64,000 bases of DNA from an uncultured bacterium (GTDB lineage: Bacteria > Bacillota_I > Bacilli_A > RFN20 > CAG-826): assembly GCA_949296775.1 (NCBI GenBank), contig CASFQA010000003.1, positions 47,935-111,934 of the forward strand, given 5' to 3'. The stretch's first letter is position 1, and each line of letters starts with the position of its first letter. Positions 28,201-37,186 of the stretch are shown here, piece by piece. A program made the translations under genes and the position numbers. The notes beneath the pieces were generated by a model. That model searched no databases. It saw nothing but the letters and a program-made list of their open reading frames with translations, and was not told the origin of the DNA.

Positions 28201-29159
28201 TCTCCGTCGAGGAAACCGGTGATTATGTCTTTTATTCCAACACACCAAGGGATCTCGATTTAAATCGTCTCTATACTATTGAAGGCGGAAATGTCGACTA
28301 CGAGGGATTTAATGACGATAATGGCCGGCATTCTCAAACTGGTAACGAAGATGATTTTGCCGCTGAAGTTAATTTAGTGGCAGGCACTGTCTACTACGCT
28401 CGGATTGCCGGCTATGGTGGGACTGATGGTATGAGTGCTGATCAATTTTCCATTGGTTTGGACAAGATCATACCTGGTTCGTTGCTGTCTTCTCCGATCG
28501 ATAACGAGTTCCTTGGCAAGGATGCAACCACGTTGAGCGGAGGTGAAATTGCTACTTACTACCGTGATACTATGGATCAAGACGGCTGGTATACGATAAA
28601 GATCGATGATACCTCTTCCGGTACCTTGACTGTCTATAGTGGCACAACGGTTCTTGCTACGTTAATGGCTGGCGATTCTTATTTCTTGGAAGCTGAAGCC
28701 AATTCGACCGTGACTGTAAAAGTCGAAGGTGAGATCAGTTTTAGTTCGATTTATTCAACTACGGTTCAAAATGGCAGTAGCCGTGCTAACGCCGTTGAAC
28801 TCCCTTCCGACGGTCGCTTGCCATATACTTATTCTGGTTCTACCCAATCTTCCTATTGGATTAAATTCACCGTTCCGACCGACGGTACGTATGTCTTCTA
28901 TTCGGAAACTAATAAAGATTCAACAGCTTATGCATTCGACCCTTTTGTGAAACACATTTACGAGGGCGATTCGGCGACCGCTTTGGTTGAAGGAAGTAAC
29001 GACGATCCTTATGAAGGACATGGCAATAGTTACGATTCCCACGTTATTGTCGAACTTAAAGCTGGCGTAACCTATTATGCTGAGGTCCAAATGCCTGGTC
29101 CATATGACGATTACGCCGTAGAGTACATACTAGAACCAGTTTCCTCAACTGCCGCATAA
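25230..29159 (+). CDS. Giant surface protein with BspA-type leucine-rich repeats followed by multiple pre-peptidase C-terminal (PPC)-like domains
   Basis: Signal peptide MKKNKLLILSASCALGL. LRR block (SLTSLTLPDTIDTF...SLKSLTLPRDLTTV). At least 5 repeats of the PPC pattern (ANPITLITGETYTENL..., NPIAMTIGTPVTVNSINSEYSYYSLTL..., RANAVELPSDG...YWIKFTVPTDGTYVFYS). AAGGAG RBS before the ATG at 25230. Confidence 0.75.
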   Translation: MKKNKLLILSASCALGLSLVGAGVGIALSEKANADTPSSTVFDDVLGEDAIGQKVKLGVGAETSDVTPEIETNIGVLAVDGEIAGTKDVRVYFRLNSINGIQTASLTRSVKTAAGEVVKEASTLDVDYVYSSINGAEEATWLDMAAEEPAVIATDELPAAPYYLVYTLKNIPADHWFDHVNVVAKLNGTEASPTQEFTYNVYGAIGDIAAGVIFAPRPDVEGEYYVKSSGAAEAVVPENYCEYHGAIATLLGKVTCVGDPTSTSGGFEYKSSLTSLTLPDTIDTFNKWSFSGVSSLKSLTLPRDLTTVLQSSFNNMDSLETIEYKALNLTTVDDTFDNEGLTVNVSGAVESLPDELITGEAELVNYEGTTAEWEALKTDTNQNNGLFIDNVICSDTVTHTVTFHLGEGTIGDLTGDVDYTVIEGKLAADPGDALLLGMAFKGWYMDQAGETPWNPETPVTGDLDIYAVYEEFGPGASASNPITLITGETYTENLVPGYEKVYLTYTHPADAEADWRYLYVDESACEESEVSTVTASNLDVAIDVYKGSFEGEKEELGSNDYVFDSAVKPIGTDGDIRFLAEPGQTYCFVIDPYSNDYYQDRVYYGSLAMKFLDFEEDSIEAAGQLVYGETSTVRRDDYTSSVMTPATVKAYTPTETKAVALNIGRTNYTWADVEVYDITDPANPSSLGSDSDTSDSTMILNLEANHRYILVVDLNGATSDTDYVTLTIGEIPAGADISNPIAMTIGTPVTVNSINSEYSYYSLTLDEAADLAFTLNEGSSSYAKYFKVYDSTGEQVATATETGVQSGWGWDTTTTYGGELLERLHLEAGSYVVEVGYTSSLYSYTGFTFQVDYVQDGEYIGRPGIANLIEGTNNLRSTKDGYYYSYSPSADMDGKYLVIELPDLEGLVIDVVDADDEVIKTVSAGGQVGVKLTQGTNVIFVLRGIDNNTVSVNAQFVDTYQDGLTEDTAYTLDNAGIFASSDGGDGFIFTFSVEETGDYVFYSNTPRDLDLNRLYTIEGGNVDYEGFNDDNGRHSQTGNEDDFAAEVNLVAGTVYYARIAGYGGTDGMSADQFSIGLDKIIPGSLLSSPIDNEFLGKDATTLSGGEIATYYRDTMDQDGWYTIKIDDTSSGTLTVYSGTTVLATLMAGDSYFLEAEANSTVTVKVEGEISFSSIYSTTVQNGSSRANAVELPSDGRLPYTYSGSTQSSYWIKFTVPTDGTYVFYSETNKDSTAYAFDPFVKHIYEGDSATALVEGSNDDPYEGHGNSYDSHVIVELKAGVTYYAEVQMPGPYDDYAVEYILEPVSSTAA

Positions 29160-29176
29160 TTTGTTCACCATCATCT

Positions 29177-29204
29177 GGGAAGGCGACTTGCCTTCCCTTT
29201 TTTT
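29177..29204 (+). terminator. Rho-independent terminator
   Basis: GGGAAGGC/GCCTTCCC stem with loop GACTT, followed by T7. Confidence 0.7.
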
Positions 29205-29307
29205 GTCATTAGATGCTTATTCTCAGGCAAAAAAGGCTTGCTTTTTTTCGTAACGCTATTATGTTTTCCGAGGCTCAACAGTAAATGCGCGAGAACAAGG
29301 AGTACCA

Positions 29308-30765
29308 ATGTCTATTAAAAACATCCGAAAACCATTGATGCTAACCCTCTGCATGCTGGCCCTCCCATTAATGGGGTGCCACGACGAAAACACAAGCGGA
29401 GATAGCAGCGAGGGCCCTAAAATCAACGTCGACTATTCTTCAGCAAAGGCGGCGATCGATTCCATCCAAGGGGCCCAAAATTACACGGTCGCGACCAAGA
29501 TCGTCGAAAACATGAATATCGGTACCGCCGATGAACCGGTCTATTCCAAGATTACGACCAATTTCAGCAATTACTTCACCCCGACTTATACTTGGTGTGA
29601 TTATGAAGACGCAGAGGAAGGCTACGCTTCTAAAGACGGGGCGGTCTTCCACCTTAATCTTTATAACGACGAAATCATCGCTTCTGATGCCTACGTCGAT
29701 GAAAGCGGGAATAAGCTGACCTCGATTTATGATATCGTGGTCTCTCCGATTCCCGCCGCTTCTTTTGTTGAGTCCGCGGACGCCAACGCCCAAACGATCA
29801 ATATCTCCAACAAGAACGCCCGGTTGGCGTTTATCGAATTCATTCAGTTCGACGAGACTTTCTTCGCCGATGTGCAAAGCTTCACCGCTTCAATTGGGAC
29901 CAGTGAGGATGGCGAGCAGGCTTTGGTTCTGACAATGACGGGGACCGATGAAACCGTCATAACCTCGACTTTCCATAGTTTTGGCTCCACTTCGGTGAAT
30001 GAGGTTGCTGCGTATTTGAATTCCGAAGGCAGCGGGGCCGCTGTTTACGATTCGACTTTGGTTAAAGCCATGGATGGCTTCTTGGGCAACAATTTCACCA
30101 AATTGACCTACGAATCTTTGAATTACAGCGAGGATAACCCGGTTATCGGGGAGGAGATTTATCATTCCGATTACTGGTATGGCGGATATTATCCTGATTC
30201 CGGATATTCCATCTATTCTCTTGGTTACGTGAGCTTGCCGCAGAAAACCTATGTCGACGAAAGCGAAGGGCTCGAAGTCGATCTCGATGGGGCTTATCTT
30301 TTCTATCTCAACGAGACCATGACGGAGTTGCGGACCATCGCTTTGGCCTATCCAGCCTTCACCACCAATGTTTCGGATATGGCATTCATCATGGATTATC
30401 CGAGCAATATGGTGCTTTGGAATCATAATCTTCAATTCATGCAGCCCTATGAGGATCCAAGCCTTGGATTAGATGGGGAGATGTTCATCACCTATGACTA
30501 TTATATGATGTATGACTTTTTCGAAATCGCCCAGGTCATGAACTCGCTGCAGGCCGCGACCACGGTCATGAGCTGCGTGCTCATTGACCTAATTATGGTC
30601 GTGAATCTCGATAACGCCGGTAACTTGGATACGGTTGATTTCCTATTTGACATCTTGCTTAACGGATCATCCGTCACCCTCCAATATACTTATACGGATT
30701 TTGGTACCACCACGATTCCGGCACTTGATGAGTGGATGCAAACCTATATCCGCGATCAGCAATAA
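29308..30765 (+). CDS. Lipoprotein, unknown function
   Basis: LALPLMGC lipobox. No catalytic motif recognised. Confidence 0.6.
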   Translation: MSIKNIRKPLMLTLCMLALPLMGCHDENTSGDSSEGPKINVDYSSAKAAIDSIQGAQNYTVATKIVENMNIGTADEPVYSKITTNFSNYFTPTYTWCDYEDAEEGYASKDGAVFHLNLYNDEIIASDAYVDESGNKLTSIYDIVVSPIPAASFVESADANAQTINISNKNARLAFIEFIQFDETFFADVQSFTASIGTSEDGEQALVLTMTGTDETVITSTFHSFGSTSVNEVAAYLNSEGSGAAVYDSTLVKAMDGFLGNNFTKLTYESLNYSEDNPVIGEEIYHSDYWYGGYYPDSGYSIYSLGYVSLPQKTYVDESEGLEVDLDGAYLFYLNETMTELRTIALAYPAFTTNVSDMAFIMDYPSNMVLWNHNLQFMQPYEDPSLGLDGEMFITYDYYMMYDFFEIAQVMNSLQAATTVMSCVLIDLIMVVNLDNAGNLDTVDFLFDILLNGSSVTLQYTYTDFGTTTIPALDEWMQTYIRDQQ

Positions 30766-30779
30766 GAAAGGATTTGATT

Positions 30780-31574
30780 ATGAACAAAAAGCTTATTCCC
30801 TTAATCGCCGTTGCTTGCTTGGGGCTGGTCGGCTGCCGCGAAAATGGCACCGATTCCACTGACTCCAACTCTGGGTCGGATGTTACTAATACCGGATCGG
30901 ACGTTACCGACTCTGAATCCAGCGGCGGTTACGAATCGGTTGAATGGAATCCCGAGGACGAGGTTATGGAAGGCGGCATTACCGGCGCCTTCATCGACGC
31001 GGCCGTCGGCATTGTCTTCACGGTCGGTTATGAATATCGGGGCTCGGTTTCCTTCGGCGATTATTCGACCGTTGGGGCGACCGTTACCATGTCTAATAAC
31101 GGTGTTGCCGAAGCTACCATCGATGATTCTGGCATGGTCACCTTCAAAGGATTAAAAGAAGGCGAATCAATCATCTGCGTCTACGATTCGACCGGCTTCT
31201 TGTATTATCGGAATTGCCTTAGTTTCCGGAAAGCCCTCGATACCCAGGCAGCGATAACCGATTTCATCGTTAACGAGGTCGATCACTATACTTCGGTTGC
31301 CTATCCGGGCATGCATATCTCCTTCCTTGCCGGTAATTCGGGCATGGTTTACGGCTCGGATGAAGGCATCGGGTTAGAGCCGGCGATTACCTTTGCCTAT
31401 GATTACCGCGGCATCGTCGGCGCCGAACACCATTTGGTTGTTACCGACTGGCAGAACCAAACCTATTCTTCTTTGACTATCACCGATATTTATATCGAAG
31501 TTAATGGGTATACCGTCCACCCCATGACCAGTGGCGGAGTTGTCGATTTCTTCACCCCGGTTTTTACGGAGTGA
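30780..31574 (+). CDS. Lipoprotein, unknown function
   Basis: MNKKLIPLIAVACLGLVGC lipobox with a Ser/Thr/Asp stalk. The ORF-track start at 30732 overlaps the preceding gene, so the ATG at 30780 is preferred. Confidence 0.6.
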   Translation: MNKKLIPLIAVACLGLVGCRENGTDSTDSNSGSDVTNTGSDVTDSESSGGYESVEWNPEDEVMEGGITGAFIDAAVGIVFTVGYEYRGSVSFGDYSTVGATVTMSNNGVAEATIDDSGMVTFKGLKEGESIICVYDSTGFLYYRNCLSFRKALDTQAAITDFIVNEVDHYTSVAYPGMHISFLAGNSGMVYGSDEGIGLEPAITFAYDYRGIVGAEHHLVVTDWQNQTYSSLTITDIYIEVNGYTVHPMTSGGVVDFFTPVFTE

Positions 31575-31606
31575 TCAAATAAATTTCTAAGGAAAGGGTT
31601 AAATAC

Positions 31607-34252
31607 ATGAAACAAAAGAACCTCCTTTTGCTCCTGAGCGCCGTCGCCCTCACCGCTTGCGGACCGACTGGAAATTCCAGTTCGTCAAGCCAAACAGGCG
31701 ATGGTTCGGGCTCAGGGGATAGCCAAGTGTCGGATAGCGACACCGGCAGCACGACCACCCCGATTGGATCGGATTCCGACACCGGTGGCGGTTCGAGCGA
31801 AGAAACCACCTACACCATCCGGATCGAAGGGCTTCCGACCGGGGTCAGCGTCACCGTTGACAAAGATTCGGCGAAGCCTGGCGAAACCGTAACCGTTACC
31901 GTCACCGTCGAAGATGGATTCGAATTGGGCTATTTGCTTATCAACGGCGAGCCCATCACCGTCGGCAGCGACGGCAAGGCGACCTTCACGATGCCTAATC
32001 GTTCGGTCAGCATCGCCGTCACCGTCAACGCCATCGGGGAAATCACTCTCCGCGGGCAGATTTCCGCCGTCTTGAAAGAGGAAACCGAAGGTTCTGGCCT
32101 CTACGTCGCCCGCAATGTTGCGGTTCCGCAGTCGGCGGCTTTCTCCTTCATGGTCGGCACCACCGAACTCGACATGTCGGATATCGACTGGACTAAGTGC
32201 TTCGCGCCGCTTACTTACAACAATTCCGGCACTGGCGCCCTCAAGATCGAAGGTGGGGCGACCTATGACTTCTATTATGATGACAACGCCGATGAGGAAA
32301 CCGGCCGTTGCTACATCAAGAAAGTCAAACAGGATAAGCTTCCGGACAGCCCCGAGACCTTGAACAATCTCTTCCAAGGCATGGCTCGGAGCGAATCGAC
32401 CATGAATCCGGATGATGTCTTGAAGATCGAATACACCAACAAGGTCACCGGCATTGATTACGATTATCAGAACTACACCAACGGGTCCTATGCTGAGGCC
32501 CATAACCTCAAGGACGAAAACAAGCTTGTCGGCGTGGTTGATAAGAAAATTGATGGGGATGTCCTCTCGGTCGTCAATACCTATCTTGATGATGGCGAAT
32601 CCTACTATTCTGGCAATTATCAGAAGTATTCCGCTAAATACGGCATCGTCGACAAAACCACCGATATCGGCACTGGCTTAGGCCGTTATTCTCGCGTCCG
32701 TTCGATGGCCGATTACGAAGCTCACTTCTACGCCCATAACTATGAATCGATCTATTTCGACATCATGTATGCTTATTACATCGGTTATGACACCTCGGCC
32801 GACATCGGCACCGAAGGCTTAGGGCAATTCGAGCGGAAGATCGTCTCGACTGCGACGGCCGATGGATTCACCGTTGACCTCGATTCTTATCGTGAGATCG
32901 ACACTTCCAATTCCACCCAGGTCGATGAAGAAGATCGGGAGACCAGTTTCTATACCTACGCTATCGACTTCAAATTCGATACCGCCGGCCGCTTGCTGAC
33001 CCTTGATTTCGATGGCAAGGTCTACGATAGCGATGCTTATGACTTCGCGACCCACCAAATCATCGATGCCAATGATTTCACGACCATATTCGACATCACC
33101 ATCGCCTATACTTACGGCACTCCAACCGAGGCCAATACCCATGACGATTCCGCTTACTTCACCTCGAAGATGGGCGTCACCGTCCGGGATGAGGATCTTG
33201 GCGAGGAATATGCCGATAAGAACGCCATCCAGCGGACCAACAATGATTCCGATGCCGCGGTCAATGCCCATATGACTTTGACTTCGGACAAGGCGACTGC
33301 TGTCGATTTGGAGAACTTCACCATCATTTCGAGCTCCGATACCTCGATCATCGGGCCGCGTGGCGCTCTTGAGCCCTATACCTGGATTCCGAAGAAGAAA
33401 GGGACTGCCACCCTTACCATTGGCAATCCGGCTGTTCCTTCGGTCCCGCAGACTCAGATCGAAGTCGAGGTTGTCGATAACGCACAAGTCCGCTCCTTCT
33501 ATTTGACTGGAAAAGACGGTGTCTACTCGCCTTCTCAGGACCTTCTTGATACCGCCAACTCCTTCACCTTGAATGCCGGCACGACCCGGACCTTCCGGAT
33601 CATCGGTTCGCCGGATGATATTAACGTCCCCTGCACTCCCGTCTCCTCTGACCCGGATTTGCTCGAGGTCAGTTCCTATCAAGGGACGGATGGTTACTAC
33701 TATCTCTATGCTTCGGCTAAAAAAGCCGCAGTCACGCAAAAGACAAGGGTCACCATCACCATTGAATCCGACTACTATATGCCGGAATGGGCCGATTCTC
33801 CGTCAACCGTTGCCGTTGATATCCTGCCGGCTTCCGACTTCAATCCGATTGGCACTTGGTACTACATCACCGAGTACGACTCCAATTATGTTGCGACCGG
33901 TGTCAACAAGGATGTGGTCATTACGTTGAAGGAATACGATGGCACTGAAGCGACCGTATCGACCGTCGTCGACGAAAAGGGCAACACCTATAAGTTTGGC
34001 TTCAACGTCGATCCGGAAACCAAAACCTATTCCTACACTCATATCGATGGCGGCAACGTCTCCTATGTCTCAATTGTCGAAACCGAAGACGGCTACCTCG
34101 GCTTAGTTCTCGAAGCTGATGACGCTCAGTGGACCGGTCAAGACGAAGGCACCGATTCGACCATTGTCTTCGGCAACGTCGTTTATGACGAAGGAATGAT
34201 CATGAGCGAAGAATACGATGGCTTCGCTCCGGCCGCTGATTTCGCCGATTAA
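31607..34252 (+). CDS. Large surface lipoprotein with an Ig-like (Big-type) domain
   Basis: LLLSAVALTAC lipobox, Gly/Ser/Asp stalk, and a Big-like segment TIRIEGLPTGVSVTVDKDSAKPGETVTVTVTV. Confidence 0.65.
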   Translation: MKQKNLLLLLSAVALTACGPTGNSSSSSQTGDGSGSGDSQVSDSDTGSTTTPIGSDSDTGGGSSEETTYTIRIEGLPTGVSVTVDKDSAKPGETVTVTVTVEDGFELGYLLINGEPITVGSDGKATFTMPNRSVSIAVTVNAIGEITLRGQISAVLKEETEGSGLYVARNVAVPQSAAFSFMVGTTELDMSDIDWTKCFAPLTYNNSGTGALKIEGGATYDFYYDDNADEETGRCYIKKVKQDKLPDSPETLNNLFQGMARSESTMNPDDVLKIEYTNKVTGIDYDYQNYTNGSYAEAHNLKDENKLVGVVDKKIDGDVLSVVNTYLDDGESYYSGNYQKYSAKYGIVDKTTDIGTGLGRYSRVRSMADYEAHFYAHNYESIYFDIMYAYYIGYDTSADIGTEGLGQFERKIVSTATADGFTVDLDSYREIDTSNSTQVDEEDRETSFYTYAIDFKFDTAGRLLTLDFDGKVYDSDAYDFATHQIIDANDFTTIFDITIAYTYGTPTEANTHDDSAYFTSKMGVTVRDEDLGEEYADKNAIQRTNNDSDAAVNAHMTLTSDKATAVDLENFTIISSSDTSIIGPRGALEPYTWIPKKKGTATLTIGNPAVPSVPQTQIEVEVVDNAQVRSFYLTGKDGVYSPSQDLLDTANSFTLNAGTTRTFRIIGSPDDINVPCTPVSSDPDLLEVSSYQGTDGYYYLYASAKKAAVTQKTRVTITIESDYYMPEWADSPSTVAVDILPASDFNPIGTWYYITEYDSNYVATGVNKDVVITLKEYDGTEATVSTVVDEKGNTYKFGFNVDPETKTYSYTHIDGGNVSYVSIVETEDGYLGLVLEADDAQWTGQDEGTDSTIVFGNVVYDEGMIMSEEYDGFAPAADFAD

Positions 34253-34269
34253 TCCTTAATTCGTCTCAA

Positions 34270-34301
34270 AGAGCTTCCTCTGATGGGGAGGCTCTTTTTC
34301 T
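34270..34301 (+). terminator. Rho-independent terminator
   Basis: Imperfect AGAGCttCCTC/GAGGGCTCT hairpin followed by a T-run. Confidence 0.55.
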
Positions 34302-34776
34302 TATCTATTGCAGGCGGAGATACCCGTTTTAATCCTTTCCAAGGAGATATTTGATTGATGGTGATTCGTCCGTTTGGTCTTGCGATTCTTTGAACTCAGC
34401 GCACATTGATTGGTTTTGGTTTGAACTGATGGCTATTAGAAGAAAGCGGAACGCCAATCGTGGTTAATATCCATCTTTGTTTAACTAGACTCAAGGCAGC
34501 ACGCCTAGACCATTGTTTTCTCAAATTCACCCAAACGAAAAAGCGAAGAACCTTGTTCGATGCGGCGATTTGCTATTTTAATCCGCTAATTGGTTTTGAT
34601 AATCGGTTTTTGCGCGGTTTTTAAGGCCTGTAAGGCTACAAAAGACAAGACAATGGATAATTTCTCGTCCTTGATCGTTTTCGCTTTCTGATAAGGCGTT
34701 TTTACACGGAATTCCGATAGAGTTCACTTCTAAATATTAGGTTTGGTAGGTAAGGCGGCTTAATTTGCGTTCGAGG

Positions 34777-34808
34777 CAAAAACAAAAGCCATCCGGTTAA
34801 GGATGGCT
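34777..34808 (-). terminator. Rho-independent terminator for the minus-strand lipoprotein gene
   Basis: AGCCATCC/GGATGGCT stem with loop GGTTAA. Plus-strand A-run 34776-34786 gives a U-run on the minus strand. Confidence 0.6.
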
Positions 34809-34827
34809 AGTGGTTTGATTAAGCCGA

Positions 34828-37020
34828 TTAAGCTTGAGCGGAGCTCGAGGAATCCTCGGCCGGCCCCTCTTCGTCCTGCACTGGCATGGTGGACTTATAG
34901 GGGTTTTCCATATAGGCCTTGGCATCCGCCGGGACGTTATCGACCCCGACGTCGCTATAGGAGATGTGGATGTTGTACTTGATGTCGGTCGAATAGTCGA
35001 AGGTGACGTCCATGACGAGCTCGTCTTCGCTGACGGTGAAGTAGGAGTCGCAGTAGCTATCGAGGTATCCGGTAACGCCAAGGTAATAGGCGGTCCAGAA
35101 GGCATAGGACTGGTTGACGTGGAAGAGGAACATATAGAATATGCCGCTTAAGCCCATATCAGCCCCGCCTTGCATGTAGGAGAAGTTCCGGTCCGGCCCA
35201 TAGGAGTTGAAGTAGTACTTGCCATCTTGCAGATCGGTGAAGGAGGCAATTTCGAATAACGTCTTTCCGCCGGTTTCTTCAGTGATTTCTTTCGCATGAC
35301 CGAAGGTGGCGGTGGGGACGAGGATCGAATCGGCCCAAATATCCTTAATCTTGGCGTTGTCCGTGCTTTGGGTCGCGACGTTGAAGCCGTTGCCGGTCGT
35401 TTCGTCGTAGATGCCGGTCGCTTCGTGGAAGCTGCCTTGGTGGATGAATTTAAGGTCGGTGTGGTTGTTTTGGATGTTGGCATCGCCCATGCTAAGCGAA
35501 GTATCGCAATAGACGTTGTTGTCGTTGAGATTGCCATAACGGGTGTAGATGGCGTTCTCGTTGGCGTAGGACAAGACCGAGATCGAGGAGAAGATATCCT
35601 GATGGGTGTCGGTGAAGGTCATGTTCTCCGGGGTTTCGGTCTGAACGCCATTTTCGTACCAAGCGGCGTCCATCTTCATGGTGTAGGACTTCTTCTCAGC
35701 CATATTGTCGAAGAACTTGTCGAAGGCGGAGACGTCTAGGGACGGGACTTCGGTCGGGGCCTTGACCCAGGAGTCGGCGGCGGTGAAGCCGGCTTTATTG
35801 AAGTCGGTTACCTGGATATAAGCCGGGAATTCCTGAATGGTGCCGGCAGTGCTCGGCAATTCAAGGGTATCGATATAATTGATTTCCTCTCCGATGATGG
35901 CCGGGAAGAAGGTGATGTAGGGATTGGTGTCTAAATCAGCGACGTAGACCATCGCGCCGTTGATGATCTCGCCATAGAGTTCTTCGCAGTAATAAACGAT
36001 GTTGCTCCAGGCTTCGGGGGCGATGGCATCGAGCATGTTGGTCAAGGAATTCGATCCGTCTTCCTCGATGTAATACATGCCGGAGGACTCACCGCGGAAA
36101 ATCAGTTCGCGGAAGTTTGAGGCCGGGACGTCGAAGGAACCTAACCCTTCGATTTCCTTGCTGGCCCCATAACCATAGCCGACTTCGAAGGTTGCCTCGT
36201 TGATATCGAACCAAGTCGCGCCGGTGGCATCGGGAGACGCTTCGACGGTGAAGTTCCGCCAAACGTCGTTTTGGGTGTCGCGGATTGAGCCGGCTAAGGT
36301 ATAAGTCTGGGTGGTTTCGTTGGAGTCGACCGGATAATAGAAATAATCATCGGTGACGGCATAGACGCCGGAGATCGCCGAATAGGAGATCCAGTTATCC
36401 TTGATCGAGGAGTAGAAATTATTGAAGGCGACTTTGTTTTCCGAGATGACGTTGCCGGTTAAGGCCCGGACGGTACGCCCAGCGTGGAGGGTGACGGTGT
36501 ATTCGCCGCATTCAAGGCCATAGAAGGTTTTGCCGTTGATTTGGACGACGTCGGGGGTCGAGGTGGTGAGATACCAAGAGCCGACGCCGCTTACTTCGAC
36601 GTAATCCTCGACATTGATGCCGTTTTCTTTGCCGGGGAGGATTTCGGTCGGAAGAGCGTCGTAATCGACGGTGACTTTGCCGGAAGTGGCGCTGTCGGGG
36701 TCGACGACGGTGATCTTGTATTCCTCTTCGTTGGTCCCGTTGGAGACGGTGATGGTCACTTCGCCCGGGGCGATGGGGGTCACGTTGCCGTTCTCGTCGA
36801 CGGTGGCGATGTTCTCGTCAGAGACGGTCCAGGTCAATTCGCCGTCCAATTTGGTTTTGATTTGGCCGGTGGAGCCGAGATTGATCGAGGAACCGTTCTC
36901 GATGATGACCATCGAAGAGCTGGGATCGTCAGCCGGATCGCAGGAGGTGGCCAGCATCGGGGCTCCGAGAGCGAGGACCGCCGCTAAGCTTAGCAGAAGG
37001 TTCTTTTTCATTGTTTTCAT
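34828..37020 (-). CDS. Surface lipoprotein with Ig-like domain(s), unknown function
   Basis: MKTMKKNLLLSLAAVLALGAPMLATSC lipobox. GAAAGG RBS upstream of the ATG at 37020. The ORF-track start at 37089 lacks an RBS. Confidence 0.65.
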   Translation of the reverse strand: MKTMKKNLLLSLAAVLALGAPMLATSCDPADDPSSSMVIIENGSSINLGSTGQIKTKLDGELTWTVSDENIATVDENGNVTPIAPGEVTITVSNGTNEEEYKITVVDPDSATSGKVTVDYDALPTEILPGKENGINVEDYVEVSGVGSWYLTTSTPDVVQINGKTFYGLECGEYTVTLHAGRTVRALTGNVISENKVAFNNFYSSIKDNWISYSAISGVYAVTDDYFYYPVDSNETTQTYTLAGSIRDTQNDVWRNFTVEASPDATGATWFDINEATFEVGYGYGASKEIEGLGSFDVPASNFRELIFRGESSGMYYIEEDGSNSLTNMLDAIAPEAWSNIVYYCEELYGEIINGAMVYVADLDTNPYITFFPAIIGEEINYIDTLELPSTAGTIQEFPAYIQVTDFNKAGFTAADSWVKAPTEVPSLDVSAFDKFFDNMAEKKSYTMKMDAAWYENGVQTETPENMTFTDTHQDIFSSISVLSYANENAIYTRYGNLNDNNVYCDTSLSMGDANIQNNHTDLKFIHQGSFHEATGIYDETTGNGFNVATQSTDNAKIKDIWADSILVPTATFGHAKEITEETGGKTLFEIASFTDLQDGKYYFNSYGPDRNFSYMQGGADMGLSGIFYMFLFHVNQSYAFWTAYYLGVTGYLDSYCDSYFTVSEDELVMDVTFDYSTDIKYNIHISYSDVGVDNVPADAKAYMENPYKSTMPVQDEEGPAEDSSSSAQA

Positions 37021-37186
37021 CCTTTCTTTTTTGGCTATTTGCTGATGAATTAGCCTGTCTTTCATTCGCGTAGGTGAATGAACGCCCATATACCATACGG
37101 GCCAAATTTAAAAATGCAAGGATAAGTTGCTTTTTATTAATAAAAAGAGCCGAGAAACGATCTCGGCTCAATCGGTTTAACCCTTA

